DNA of 48,095 nucleotides from Synechococcus sp. AG-683-A03 (GTDB lineage: Bacteria > Cyanobacteriota > Cyanobacteriia > PCC-6307 > Cyanobiaceae), in NCBI GenBank assembly GCA_003210555.1, contig QCUZ01000001.1, positions 1-48,095 on the forward strand, given 5' to 3'. The translations under genes were made by a program, and so were the position numbers. How positions within the stretch are numbered: the stretch's first letter is position 1; each line of letters begins with the position of its first letter. The notes beneath the pieces are model-generated. The model saw only the letters and a list, made by a program, of their open reading frames with translations. It was not told the DNA's origin and did not search any database. Below, piece after piece: positions 22,054-31,473 of this stretch.

Positions 22054-23139
22054 ATGGTGCTTGCGTTGGTGGTGATCCTGCTACTGACAGCTCTGGGCTG
22101 GTGGTTGAGCCGCTCTACGTCCTTGGGCCAGCAGCTCGGCACGACGTTGGTCGTGCTGGTGTTGGGACTCTTGGTGACCAACATCACGGGCTGGCAGCCG
22201 ACTAAGGAGGCGGCTGGCTTGATCAGTGGACCACTCACGTCTTTGGCGATTGTCCAGTTGCTGCTGGCGATTGATCTACGGAGGGTTTGGCCTGACGCCC
22301 GACGCTTGCTGACCCCCTTTGTGGCGGCTGTCCTGCTCACCCTTGTCGCTGTGATGCAGAGCTGGCTCGTATTGGGGCCCTGGCTGGGAGAGCCGCTCAG
22401 TGCTTTGTCAGGGATGTTCGCCGCCAGATTCACCGGCGGCAGCATCAATTTTGTTTCTATCGCGCGTGCGATGGATCCGCCCGAATCACTGTTATTGATT
22501 GCCACGGCTGCTTCTCATGTGGCTTTTGCAATTTGGTTTGCACTCAGCATCTGGATCGGTCAGCGTTGGGCAACCTCTGATCCAGCAAGCGCTTGCGTAT
22601 CCAGAGCTCTGGACGAACCCCAGGTCCACAAGCCGCTGAGTGTTTATGGCCTGGCTTTGCTTTGGGGGCTAGGTGCGCTTTTTGCGTCGCGGGTTCTGGA
22701 GCTCCTATTTGCTGCAGTCCCCGCAATTTTGGTGCTCACCACGGTGTCGCTGATCGTTGCCCAGCTACCGGGTCGCGTCAGCCGCCGTGGTTGTTACGAC
22801 GAAGGTTTGCTGCTGATCCAGCCGTTCTTCACGGTGATTGGCTTGAGCTCACCAATGAGTGGCTTGCTGGGTGAAGGTCTGCCCGTTTTGGTCTTTGCCA
22901 CGCTGATTGTGGCTTTGCAGGCTATTGGTTTATTGCTGTTGCTCCGCTGGTGCCGATGGCCTCTAGCGGAAACCCTTGTGGCTTCGCAAGCCTCGATTGG
23001 AGGGCCCAGCACGGCTCTGGCTTTGGCTACTTCGCTAAAGCGCCCTGAATTGGTGTTGCCTTCAGTTGCCATAGGCCTTTTGGGGTATTTAGTAGGCACT
23101 TATCTGGGTTTCATTGCTAGTGCTGTGCTGTCGGTGTAG
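22054..23139 (+). CDS. DUF819 family multi-pass membrane protein
   Basis: TGGSINF and ASQASIGGPSTALALA...GLLGYLVGTYLG motifs; about 10 TM segments. Confidence 0.85.
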   Translation: MVLALVVILLLTALGWWLSRSTSLGQQLGTTLVVLVLGLLVTNITGWQPTKEAAGLISGPLTSLAIVQLLLAIDLRRVWPDARRLLTPFVAAVLLTLVAVMQSWLVLGPWLGEPLSALSGMFAARFTGGSINFVSIARAMDPPESLLLIATAASHVAFAIWFALSIWIGQRWATSDPASACVSRALDEPQVHKPLSVYGLALLWGLGALFASRVLELLFAAVPAILVLTTVSLIVAQLPGRVSRRGCYDEGLLLIQPFFTVIGLSSPMSGLLGEGLPVLVFATLIVALQAIGLLLLLRWCRWPLAETLVASQASIGGPSTALALATSLKRPELVLPSVAIGLLGYLVGTYLGFIASAVLSV

Positions 23140-23669
23140 TTATCGCATTGCCAATGCTTCTATATGTGCAGTAAGGCAATCTTTTGATGCCAATAAGTAT
23201 GCAGGATGAGATCGTGATGAAAACGGAATTTACTTCCGGGCAAGTTTTCGCTGAGCTTGGTAAGCTTCCCTCCGATTCGAGAATTTACGCGATAAAGCTA
23301 CGGTTTCTTGGTAATCATTGCTGTCGTGAAAGGTGTCTCAAATCTCATGCCCCACGATCACAGATCTAAGTAATCGTCTTTGACTCGGCAGAATCACTTT
23401 GCCTTTTGTTTTTTAATGGGTACGAAACTGTTTTAGGGCTCAAATCTCCAGCTCCGCTCTAAGCACGATTCACGGCACTATTGACTTCTCGAATTGGACA
23501 GGTTGCCGTATTCCTAATCGTTAAGTAGTTGCTATTAAAATGCTTTAAATTTCAAGTCTTGGAGCCAACTCTGCGCTTGTCTTGTTTTTTGTGGATCTTT
23601 AAGGGGTTGTAAGTCGCCGGCACAACGTGGGATTGATTCTCATGGATCGCTGCTTCGGCTACGGCTTCG

Positions 23670-23789
23670 TTAGGAGCCATAAGTCGAATCATTTGAACCG
23701 GTTGGCTGCTCTACGCCATTGCTAAAGATCGCCATTGTTCCGCCTAATGCTCCCAAAGCAACAACTAATGCCAAAACCCACATCCCCAT
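23670..23789 (-). CDS. Putative 39-aa single-TM microprotein
   Basis: MGMWVLALVVALGALGGTMAIFSNGVEQPTGSNDSTYGS* (manual translation). Confidence 0.45.
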   Translation of the reverse strand: MGMWVLALVVALGALGGTMAIFSNGVEQPTGSNDSTYGS

Positions 23790-24318
23790 TGCCTAGTTTC
23801 CAAAAGCCATTCCAGAAACACTAACTGTTCAGCTGTGAATTCTTCTACTGATTCTCAGTTCTTCTCAGCAATGATCAATGATTCTGGATGTAGCGATGCC
23901 TCGCCTCTACAGGCAAGAGTTGCTGTTGGCATAACGGTCTAGTCAAGTGATGGCTACCAGTACTGGTTCGTCATTGATCTCAACCGGCTTGGACCTAAGA
24001 GGCGATGAGAGGTTGCCGGTGGTCTAAAAACAGCCGCCTGTGACAGGACAAAAATACTGGTGTAAGCAAGAGTGACAGCGAGAAGGACTGAGCACGTCAT
24101 CACATGGGCATGACGCTGCAGTTCAATGATTTTTATTCCATCAGATCTAAATAGAAGTATTGCGATGGAGCCTGAACCCATCTCTTGTTACGCTTTTTTC
24201 ATGAAGTTGAGTAAACCTGCCTCTCGGAATGGCCGGATTGATAGTTTTCTAAATATTGGAGCTTCAGATTCCCTTTAGATTCTTCGGAGCGTTGCTGGTG
24301 GGTTCATCCCTTCTTTCT

Positions 24319-24414
24319 ATGGCAAGTTCTAAAAAAGAGTTGGCACTGCTGGGAAGCACATTCCTTTTTGGTTATGGGGCACTAGAGCTGGTTCTGCGAT
24401 TTGGTGGTTATTAA
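24319..24414 (+). CDS. Putative 31-aa hydrophobic microprotein
   Basis: MASSKKELALLGSTFLFGYGALELVLRFGGY* followed by a second stop (TAA TAG). Confidence 0.5.
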   Translation: MASSKKELALLGSTFLFGYGALELVLRFGGY

Positions 24415-24744
24415 TAGCTCTCTGCAGCTCGTATGGGTTCAGGGTTCCTGAGCCATTCGTTTCATCCTTGTCATTGGCAGAGCTTTCATCTGCCAATTCG
24501 GTGTGAACACTCTGTTGGTTCGATACGCATCAGAGTGATAGAGCTAAATGGCAGGATTGACTGGTCTTTGATCTGGGTCATCCTGCTGGCTTAGGCCAGG
24601 TGTTTGCAATGAGGCAGTCCTGAAAGCTCACTGGAGCTTGCTCAATCTGCCTATAAAAGTATTAGATGATTGGTCAGATGCATTAGATCTATTGCGTATG
24701 TCTCTGTCCTTGAATTGGCAACTAGAATCAAAAGAAAAGCATCT

Positions 24745-25281
24745 GTGAATAGGACTGCCACTCTCTCTCTTCTTTTTCTATGCGCCCAGTCGTTGAGCGC
24801 ATATTCGACGGAGCTAAACGGTCAGGAGTTTTTTGAAAATCCTCCTAGAGGCATTTCCATTCATAATTCATATTCTAATTCTTATCAGCGATCTTATCCT
24901 GTTATCTCGTTAGAATTGCCCGCCAATGCTGGAGCAAATCTCAAAAGAATTGCTTTATCGCAAATCACTGGCACAGAAAGGTGGAAGTGGGGAGATGAAG
25001 ACCTCACTGTTTATTCCGGTTTCTATAATATGAGGAAGCGTGGGGAAAAAGGGCTGGCAAGCATACAATTTAATGATGAACGTGGCATTACTGAGATTGT
25101 CTTTAGCCCCTCTGTTAAGCCTGGTCAGATCATTAGTGTTGTAATTCCAAGCATTAATCCTAGGCAGGGGATTTATGAATGGTCGTCAAGCTTTTATCCC
25201 GAATCTCCTTCCCTGCCTCCCTCCCAGTCTCTAGGCCCAGTCCTGCGCTTAGACATTTATAGGCTGAACAATAGATTTTAA
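24745..25281 (+). CDS. DUF2808-like exported protein (second paralog)
   Basis: Signal peptide, FFENPP, LELPANAGANL, VFSPSVKPGQ...NPRQGIY, typical of DUF2808. Confidence 0.72.
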   Translation: MNRTATLSLLFLCAQSLSAYSTELNGQEFFENPPRGISIHNSYSNSYQRSYPVISLELPANAGANLKRIALSQITGTERWKWGDEDLTVYSGFYNMRKRGEKGLASIQFNDERGITEIVFSPSVKPGQIISVVIPSINPRQGIYEWSSSFYPESPSLPPSQSLGPVLRLDIYRLNNRF

Positions 25282-25393
25282 ATATTCACTAGGCAGATTT
25301 GTTGTGCTTGTGTATGTCGCTCTGTTTGCTGACGGGATCAAGCACTGGTCTGACTCATAGAGAGGTTGCTTTGAAATTGAAGGGTTTCTGCTC

Positions 25394-25831
25394 ATGTCAC
25401 TGAAAGTACATCGTTCAGGGGGCACACAACCAGGAGCTCCTATGGCCTCCAGCCGAATGACACAGTTCCTTTTGGCAGCGCTGATTCTTACTCAAGTACC
25501 TAATTGCATCAGCTTTATTCATGCCCTCAACCGCTATGAGTCTCCAGAAGCTGCTCTTAGGGCTTGCAGTCAATGGGCGGAGAGTGCTGGCCAATACACA
25601 GTGAAGAGAACAGGCATTTGGACCAGTTACTCGCAGTCTCCGGTGCGTTTATGTCGTAAGGAGGGTGATCAATATGTTGGGGCTGAGGTTCCTCTGGATG
25701 GAGCAATAGAGATCGGTCAAAACCTTGATGATCCGAAGGGTTTTCATTCCGACCGTGTCCCACAATCCGAAGATTCGGGAAAACGTTGGCGGTTTAGACG
25801 CAATAAGTGGTCGATCACTATTCCCTTTTGA
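25394..25831 (+). CDS. Hypothetical exported/membrane-anchored protein
   Basis: Hydrophobic N-segment, YES..AA..AC..W motif and paired Cys; start uncertain. Confidence 0.6.
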   Translation: MSLKVHRSGGTQPGAPMASSRMTQFLLAALILTQVPNCISFIHALNRYESPEAALRACSQWAESAGQYTVKRTGIWTSYSQSPVRLCRKEGDQYVGAEVPLDGAIEIGQNLDDPKGFHSDRVPQSEDSGKRWRFRRNKWSITIPF

Positions 25832-25851
25832 AGAGGAGGGTGTGATCGCCA

Positions 25852-26013
25852 TTAAGTGAATGTTGACGTTGCTCTATCGATAAGAGCCACAAATCCGAGC
25901 ATTGCCAAGCGGCCGTTCAGGCGTTCAGCTTTAACCAATTGTTCACGTCGGATTTGTTCTGCTGCAAGATCATTCCAATAGCGTTCTTGCGCTTGGAGGG
26001 GGGTCGTTGTCAT
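25852..26013 (-). CDS. hli: High light-inducible protein (HLIP/CAB-like), 53 aa, C-terminus atypical
   Basis: MTTTPLQAQERYWNDLAAEQIRREQLVKAERLNGRLAMLGFVALIDRATSTFT* contains the canonical AExxNGRxAMxGF motif. Confidence 0.88.
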   Translation of the reverse strand: MTTTPLQAQERYWNDLAAEQIRREQLVKAERLNGRLAMLGFVALIDRATSTFT

Positions 26014-26222
26014 GGGTGTCTCCGAGAGGGACCTGGTCGGTCTATGACCGCCGAGCTCGACTTGGAAGAGGGGCCACCCGTATTCGAAGGTTCGGTTTCA
26101 AGGCCTTTTCAATTAGTTGGCGCGGGAGCACATAAAGCTTTTGATTGGGATCCAACGCCACGCCGTCCCTCTATCGGGCAGGGGCTTGACCAACTGATGC
26201 AGAGACCCTAAAACTCAGCGAG

Positions 26223-26238
26223 TGGTGCAAAAGTACTA
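26223..26238 (+). promoter_or_regulatory. Candidate cyanobacterial LexA box
   Basis: TGGTGCAAAAGTACTA vs consensus RGTAC-N3-DGTWCB (one mismatch), abutting the DUF3104 ATG. Confidence 0.5.
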
Positions 26239-26568
26239 ATGAGCGTCCGTCATTCCCTTCAGGCCCTGAATCAGTTTTCGGCCCAGGATGCTCCCTTATT
26301 CATGGGAGTGAGTGCTGGCGACTTTGTCATTGTGGAGGCAGAGAGCAGGGTTGCCCCCAAGGTGGATGGCAATTGGTGGATGGGACAGGTTCTGTTCTGT
26401 GAGGGGGGAGCCAGGGATCCGATGGTGAACACAATGTTTCAAGTCTCAGATGTAGACAATGGCTTCATTTATTGGGTGAACGGTAATGAAGTCATGCATA
26501 TTGTTCGATCGCTGGATGGTCTTCAGCTCGGTTCTCATGGATCCATACTACTGTCAACGATCTATTGA
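26239..26568 (+). CDS. DUF3104 family protein
   Basis: PLF..V..GD.VIV, WWMGQV..CEGGARDP....FQV.DVD.G.I.WVN. Confidence 0.88.
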   Translation: MSVRHSLQALNQFSAQDAPLFMGVSAGDFVIVEAESRVAPKVDGNWWMGQVLFCEGGARDPMVNTMFQVSDVDNGFIYWVNGNEVMHIVRSLDGLQLGSHGSILLSTIY

Positions 26569-26764
26569 ATGGATAGAAGCCAGAAGTCATATCTCCTTGG
26601 GCCTTGATGTGATTTTCACCTGGCTTGAATGGATTGGCAATTCATCCAAAATGCCTTGGTGCCATATAGCTGCTCAATTAAATATGGATTTGTCAGTTGA
26701 ATGATTCCTGATTGATATGCTTTGTCATGAGAGTCTTAGATTTCCTTCCCTCTTTTGATGTTGT

Positions 26765-27070
26765 TCAAGATTCTGAACGTAGATTTGCCATACGGTCGAC
26801 ACTGGAGCCAATGACCTCCACAACAAAGGCTTCCATTCCATCTTGATCGTTGGCAGGCGTGAGTCGAAACAGGAATGCATTCACCCATGCTGTTTCCTTG
26901 TTATTAATTTCGTGGCCACGGTCTATAAAGCCTGGCTTTTGCTGAAAGAGATGCAGAAGCACTGCCAATACGTCTTGGGGCGAGAGACCCTCAGGATCGA
27001 TGAAAGGCAAATTTTCCCTGATGTCCATCCAGGAAATGGACGCTGAATAGTCAAAGTCTTCTGATAGCAC
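26765..27070 (-). CDS. Hypothetical protein
   Basis: 101-aa ORF with globular composition; no function recognised. Confidence 0.65.
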   Translation of the reverse strand: MLSEDFDYSASISWMDIRENLPFIDPEGLSPQDVLAVLLHLFQQKPGFIDRGHEINNKETAWVNAFLFRLTPANDQDGMEAFVVEVIGSSVDRMANLRSES

Positions 27071-27170
27071 TGCAGGTGTCTATGCGTTGCTTCTCAATGG
27101 ATCGTAGCGATCGCTCCTTGGCTTCCCCTGATGCAACGCCGCAGCTCCATGGACTGATCAGTAACCAGCA

Positions 27171-27356
27171 CTATTTTTTGTTGAGGACCTTCCAACCCAA
27201 ATATCCGGCACCGCCAAGGAAAATGATCGGAAGAATTGCCTTGATGAATCCCAAAGCAACCCAAACCACCAAAACGCCAATCCCGAGTCCAATGCCGGTT
27301 TTCTTAACCATCGCTTGGCTTTCGTCCGTCATCATTTCCCATTTGGGTAGCGGCAT
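27171..27356 (-). CDS. Small two-TM membrane protein
   Basis: KKTGIGLGIGVLVVWVALGFIKAILPIIFLGGAGYLGWKVLNKK. Confidence 0.7.
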   Translation of the reverse strand: MPLPKWEMMTDESQAMVKKTGIGLGIGVLVVWVALGFIKAILPIIFLGGAGYLGWKVLNKK

Positions 27357-27681
27357 GTCTAAATCTGCTGTGCCATCTCTTTATGCCTCAATCTCTGGCT
27401 GGTGTCATGTTTTTTTGCGGATGAGTGTGCAGATGCTCTTCGAGTTGGAGCTTGAACTCAGTCATGACCTCGCTTCGTGACCTCAAAAGCCGAATACAAG
27501 GGGTTGAACCTAAAATAAAAACTTTTTTATATTTAAGACAAAGAACTACTGATATTGGAGATAAAAAATACTGTAGTATATGTTTGCATCACGTGAAGGT
27601 ATAGCAAGTATCCTTAAATTGAATTAAGAACTCAAGATGGAAAGCGATGTGAATTCAACTTTTTCTGTTTGGTTTTGCTTG

Positions 27682-27903
27682 TCATGCCGCGCGATTAAAG
27701 CCAAAAGAAGAAGTTGCTTGTGCCTCTATCTCTTGACGAATTCGTGAGATGGCTTCTCTTGCGAAAGCCTTCTCATTTTCCTGCGCTGTGATGATTGCTT
27801 TGGTGATCTCACGAAGCCTTTCGATATCATCGCAAGCATCGATATCTCGAAAAGCTGCTTCGAGTTGAAACTTTTGTTCGATTGATAAACGATGATTAGT
27901 CAT
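27682..27903 (-). CDS. NblA-like small helical protein (putative phycobilisome degradation adaptor)
   Basis: 73 aa; N-terminal LSIEQKFQL resembles the NblA LSLEQQF.L motif, followed by two predicted helices. Confidence 0.55.
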   Translation of the reverse strand: MTNHRLSIEQKFQLEAAFRDIDACDDIERLREITKAIITAQENEKAFAREAISRIRQEIEAQATSSFGFNRAA

Positions 27904-28128
27904 TTGTAGCTTTGTATTTTCCGTAACCTATTCAATTCTGACCGCTGTCTGCTGTTCGGTTATAGGTACGGTCCTGCGCTCCAGCTGTTCTCCTGGATCT
28001 ATGGCTAGGCATTCCTCCGCATCAGAGCAGGCTGAGGGCTGCGCCAGGGCGGTCAGCGATGCGTAGCTGGACTAAGGTCAAACTCACCAATGCCAAAATC
28101 CTCACTTTGCGAGGAAACTCAAATCGAT

Positions 28129-28335
28129 ATGGATGTTGATTTGAACGGGACAACGATCCATCTTGATCGCCCTAGTGATAAAGCTGTTGTTCAGCGTGTA
28201 GCAGCTCAAATTCAACGGCGTATTGCCGAAGATGATTGGAGGCCTTATGCCTCCAAGGCTGATGCTTTAGGCGCTTGGAAAAAACTTGGAGGGATTCGCT
28301 TGAAAGTCCTGAAAGCTTTCAACTTGGTCAAGTGA
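28129..28335 (+). CDS. Hypothetical protein
   Basis: MDVDLNG...DDWRPY.S...AL.AW.KLGGIRLKVL; protein-like composition. Confidence 0.65.
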   Translation: MDVDLNGTTIHLDRPSDKAVVQRVAAQIQRRIAEDDWRPYASKADALGAWKKLGGIRLKVLKAFNLVK

Positions 28336-28567
28336 GTGATCGGTCGAAGTAGATTATTCATCGCTTATGAGCAAGTTGATAATAAAAAATGAAGAGAGGT
28401 CATGATTTGCCCTCGCTATGGGCCTTCTATTGGTGGTCCAAAATGTTCCTTGGCAATAGCCAAGGCCTTTGTGAGTTACACGTATAGCGAACCTTGTTTT
28501 TATGGGCTTTTTTGAAGTTGCTACTTGCTTCAGCAAGTGGATCTTCTTACGGCTGAGATGTTGATCG

Positions 28568-28780
28568 GTGAGTGCTGATTCAATGTTAGTGACGTGTCAT
28601 CCCACCATTCAAGCGAGAGCAATAACCACGCCATTCCTAATGTCGTTGGTTTCGGTTGTGATGGCAATGCGTCATTGCACCGATGTGCTTTACGCTCGCC
28701 TGCCCCACAGTATGTGTATCGAAATCGGAGGCGCCATGACGGCCGATACTCCACCTCAGCAGATCAAAGAAGCAGCCTGA
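28568..28780 (+). CDS. Hypothetical small membrane protein
   Basis: 70-aa ORF with one hydrophobic stretch; weak support. Confidence 0.35.
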   Translation: MSADSMLVTCHPTIQARAITTPFLMSLVSVVMAMRHCTDVLYARLPHSMCIEIGGAMTADTPPQQIKEAA

Positions 28781-29384
28781 CCACTTGGCCCCTGCTCCAA
28801 CAGTTTTTCACCCAACGGCGAGTTCCGTCCTTCGGTAGGCAATCTCTTGAGCGCCACGTCGATCGACACTCCATCTGCACCGAGACAGGTGCCCTAAGGA
28901 GTAAAACCACTCACCACTTAGGAACCAGGCCCCAGGCGCCAAACGCCAGACGCTTCGCACTCCTTTTTCCATTCACTGGACATTGGTTAGCGATATGCAC
29001 AAACGAGCGAGCTAGGCCGTCTCTTCCATCCGGGAGGGGCGGCCTCTCTTCTTCTGGTTGCGTTTCCGTTTCACGACAGAGCTTGATGTCAGAGCTTGGC
29101 TTGAGCCATACCGAAGGCATCGAGGACTTCTCATGAGCCCAAACTTGATTCAAGCTGCAGGTATTGGCAGCTTTCTTGCAGCTATTTCTGCTGTCTTTAT
29201 GACGGCCCTGTTTGTCGTTGGCTAAGGGTGAGGCCTTAACGCTTATCCCTGATCTCAACGACGTAAGCACATGGCTGCCCTGGCTTCTACTGGGCCAGCC
29301 GCTTTTAGTGGATTGAGATTGTGCTGACTACGGTTTGTCAGTTCGATCTTTGCTTTACAGTCAATGCGATAACGGCTGACCTCA

Positions 29385-29624
29385 ATGACTTGGGAATACA
29401 CGCAATTGCGTTTTGTTCCGAAAGGAAAGTCGTGGACTGGAGAAATCGAGGAGCTTTGGCTTGATGAAAAGCAGTTGATTTCTCGAAGACATCCACAGCA
29501 CGATGTCACTTTGGTGGGCTTGATGAACGAGCTTGGACAGCAAGGTTGGGAACTGATTACCTATGCCCAACCCTTCACTGGGTATCATGGTGGTTGTTAT
29601 ACCTTTAAACGTCAAACTTCATAG
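29385..29624 (+). CDS. DUF4177-like small protein
   Basis: WEY start, LMNELGQQGWELI and C-terminal FKR. Confidence 0.75.
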   Translation: MTWEYTQLRFVPKGKSWTGEIEELWLDEKQLISRRHPQHDVTLVGLMNELGQQGWELITYAQPFTGYHGGCYTFKRQTS

Positions 29625-29836
29625 TTAAGGGGGTAAGAAAATGACTAAAGTATGTCTTTGTGGGATAAAAGCAACTTGCTCGACGCGAACTTACGACTTA
29701 CTCAGTAATTCTTGGCTTTGTTGTCTAAATTAAATTTAGGAGTTGTTTGCGTCGTAGATGATTGCTCTTAGGCTTGGCTTCATTGTTTTTATATTCGTGT
29801 AATGGCTGGGCATATCTCTGCTTTCTTAATGTGATA

Positions 29837-30256
29837 ATGGCTCTTCCGGGTCGATTATCAGTGACGTCTTGGCAGACAATCTCCTGTTGGTCATTGCTTG
29901 CGGTTGTATGGACTTTCCCTATCAATGCCTTGGCCTTGGAGCCGGTGAGGTATCGCTGTGGAGCACTCGGTGAGGTGAGTATCGATCATTCTATGGTAAA
30001 TCCAACAAGCGCGGTTGTTGTTTACGGCGATCAACGTTGGCCAGGCACCCTTAGTGGAGGATCGATGACATTTTTTAGCCCCACCAGCCAAACGCCAGAT
30101 AGTCCTTGGATGAACTTCGGCCGAAATGGAGTGTGGCTCTACACCAATTACGTTGGAACGGCCGGCTGGAGTGAGTTTTGGGCAGAGGATGCTGCAACCT
30201 ATCGACGCAATCATCCTGACTTTCTCGAATCGAGCTGTGTGATGCTGAGCTCTTAG
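29837..30256 (+). CDS. Hypothetical exported protein
   Basis: Signal-like segment ending ALA-LEP..YRC, with a terminal Cys. Confidence 0.55.
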   Translation: MALPGRLSVTSWQTISCWSLLAVVWTFPINALALEPVRYRCGALGEVSIDHSMVNPTSAVVVYGDQRWPGTLSGGSMTFFSPTSQTPDSPWMNFGRNGVWLYTNYVGTAGWSEFWAEDAATYRRNHPDFLESSCVMLSS

Positions 30257-30377
30257 GCGTTGTACCTCGTGGTTTGTGAACGCGTAACTGATCAGAAAGC
30301 TTTCGCTTAATGTCAATCCGCTGGTCTTGTTGTCTAGTCGTTTCTAATTTCAGGACAGTGCGCGTCTGGATTGGCGT

Positions 30378-30725
30378 TTGATGCCCTCTCCCAAGCCGAG
30401 ACGCATTGTGCCGAGTCGTTCCTTAGAGCGATTTGTCGGCAGGTGGTTGGTTGCGATCCCAGTGGCTTTGGCTCCAGCATGGCTCTCTGCAGAATTGTTT
30501 CGGCTTCCCGCGGGAAGGGTGTGCGCCGCAATGAATCGATCGTTGCAAGAGCAAGTTTCACGTTCTGTGGCCCAGCGGTTGCAACAAGACTGTGGTCAAG
30601 CCATTGATCAGAGCGTGAATCTTTGGCTTCTTTGGTTCATTTGGGCTCTCTTGATTCGATCGAGCTACCGCTACTGGCCTTGGTTGGTTGCGATGGTGGT
30701 TGAGGGTGAAAAACATGACTTCTAG
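30378..30725 (+). CDS. Hypothetical two-TM protein with Cys pair
   Basis: TM-loop(C...C)-TM ending SSYRYWPWL. Confidence 0.55.
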   Translation: MMPSPKPRRIVPSRSLERFVGRWLVAIPVALAPAWLSAELFRLPAGRVCAAMNRSLQEQVSRSVAQRLQQDCGQAIDQSVNLWLLWFIWALLIRSSYRYWPWLVAMVVEGEKHDF

Positions 30726-30894
30726 CGTCCTGCTTTGGCAGACTTGATGGTCGAGACGGCAAGTGAGGTCTCGCGCACCCAGGCCTTACAAGTGGACGAA
30801 TCGATTAGCTTGCGTCTTGATTTGATATCCAATGGCATTTCAGCCCCATCCCCTGTTGATGGTTTGTCTTGGAATGTCTCGCCACACTAGAAGC

Positions 30895-31080
30895 ATGACG
30901 AACAGCACCCCCACGATCCTGATCTGGGTCAACCAATACAAGAAATACCAACAGTTGACCAAGCAGGGGCTGTGTGATGAGGCCTCGTGCTTGAAAAAAG
31001 AAATTGATGAAGCGCTGCCCTTGATTGATTTGACCTGGAAAGACTTAGAGCAAGCTGCATCAGACTGCTCGAATCCATAG
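30895..31080 (+). CDS. Hypothetical small helical protein
   Basis: MTNSTPTILIWVNQYKKYQ...LTWKDLEQAA; ATG 30895. Confidence 0.6.
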   Translation: MTNSTPTILIWVNQYKKYQQLTKQGLCDEASCLKKEIDEALPLIDLTWKDLEQAASDCSNP

Positions 31081-31123
31081 CGTGAGACTTTGCTTGAGAA
31101 GGGTGCTTTAGAACCTCAACGTC

Positions 31124-31366
31124 TTATTTCTTTCCATGTAGTTCTCTGAATTCTCCAAGTTTATCGAGATCTTTTTGTTCATCTACGCTGTAGTCAGTAA
31201 GGATGAGTGCCTTCCCAATCGTTCCAAGCGCATATTCAAGACGATCGAGATTTTTGCGTCCTTCTTCATCAGATCGAGCGGCTCGAATCACATCTGGTTT
31301 TAGTTGATCCGCAAGTTTTTCCATTTCATTGGCAATGGCGCGAGCCTGATCGAGAGGTGTTGTCAT
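31124..31366 (-). CDS. Hypothetical small helical protein
   Basis: 80-aa amphipathic ORF with ATG start. Confidence 0.65.
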   Translation of the reverse strand: MTTPLDQARAIANEMEKLADQLKPDVIRAARSDEEGRKNLDRLEYALGTIGKALILTDYSVDEQKDLDKLGEFRELHGKK

Positions 31367-31473
31367 GGAGATTCTTAAAATTTGCCTTGGTAGGCCTTTG
31401 CCAATTGTAATTTAGCGTTGAAACATCTTTAATCTCAATCCTTAGTAAACCCTCTTGAAAAAATATTGACTCA

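Noticed and set aside
28777-29270. Overlapping ORFs (28594-29136 +, 28911-29270 -), one ending in PKW like DUF1651 proteins
   Set aside because: Similarity is limited to a few residues and I cannot decide which frame, if any, is real.
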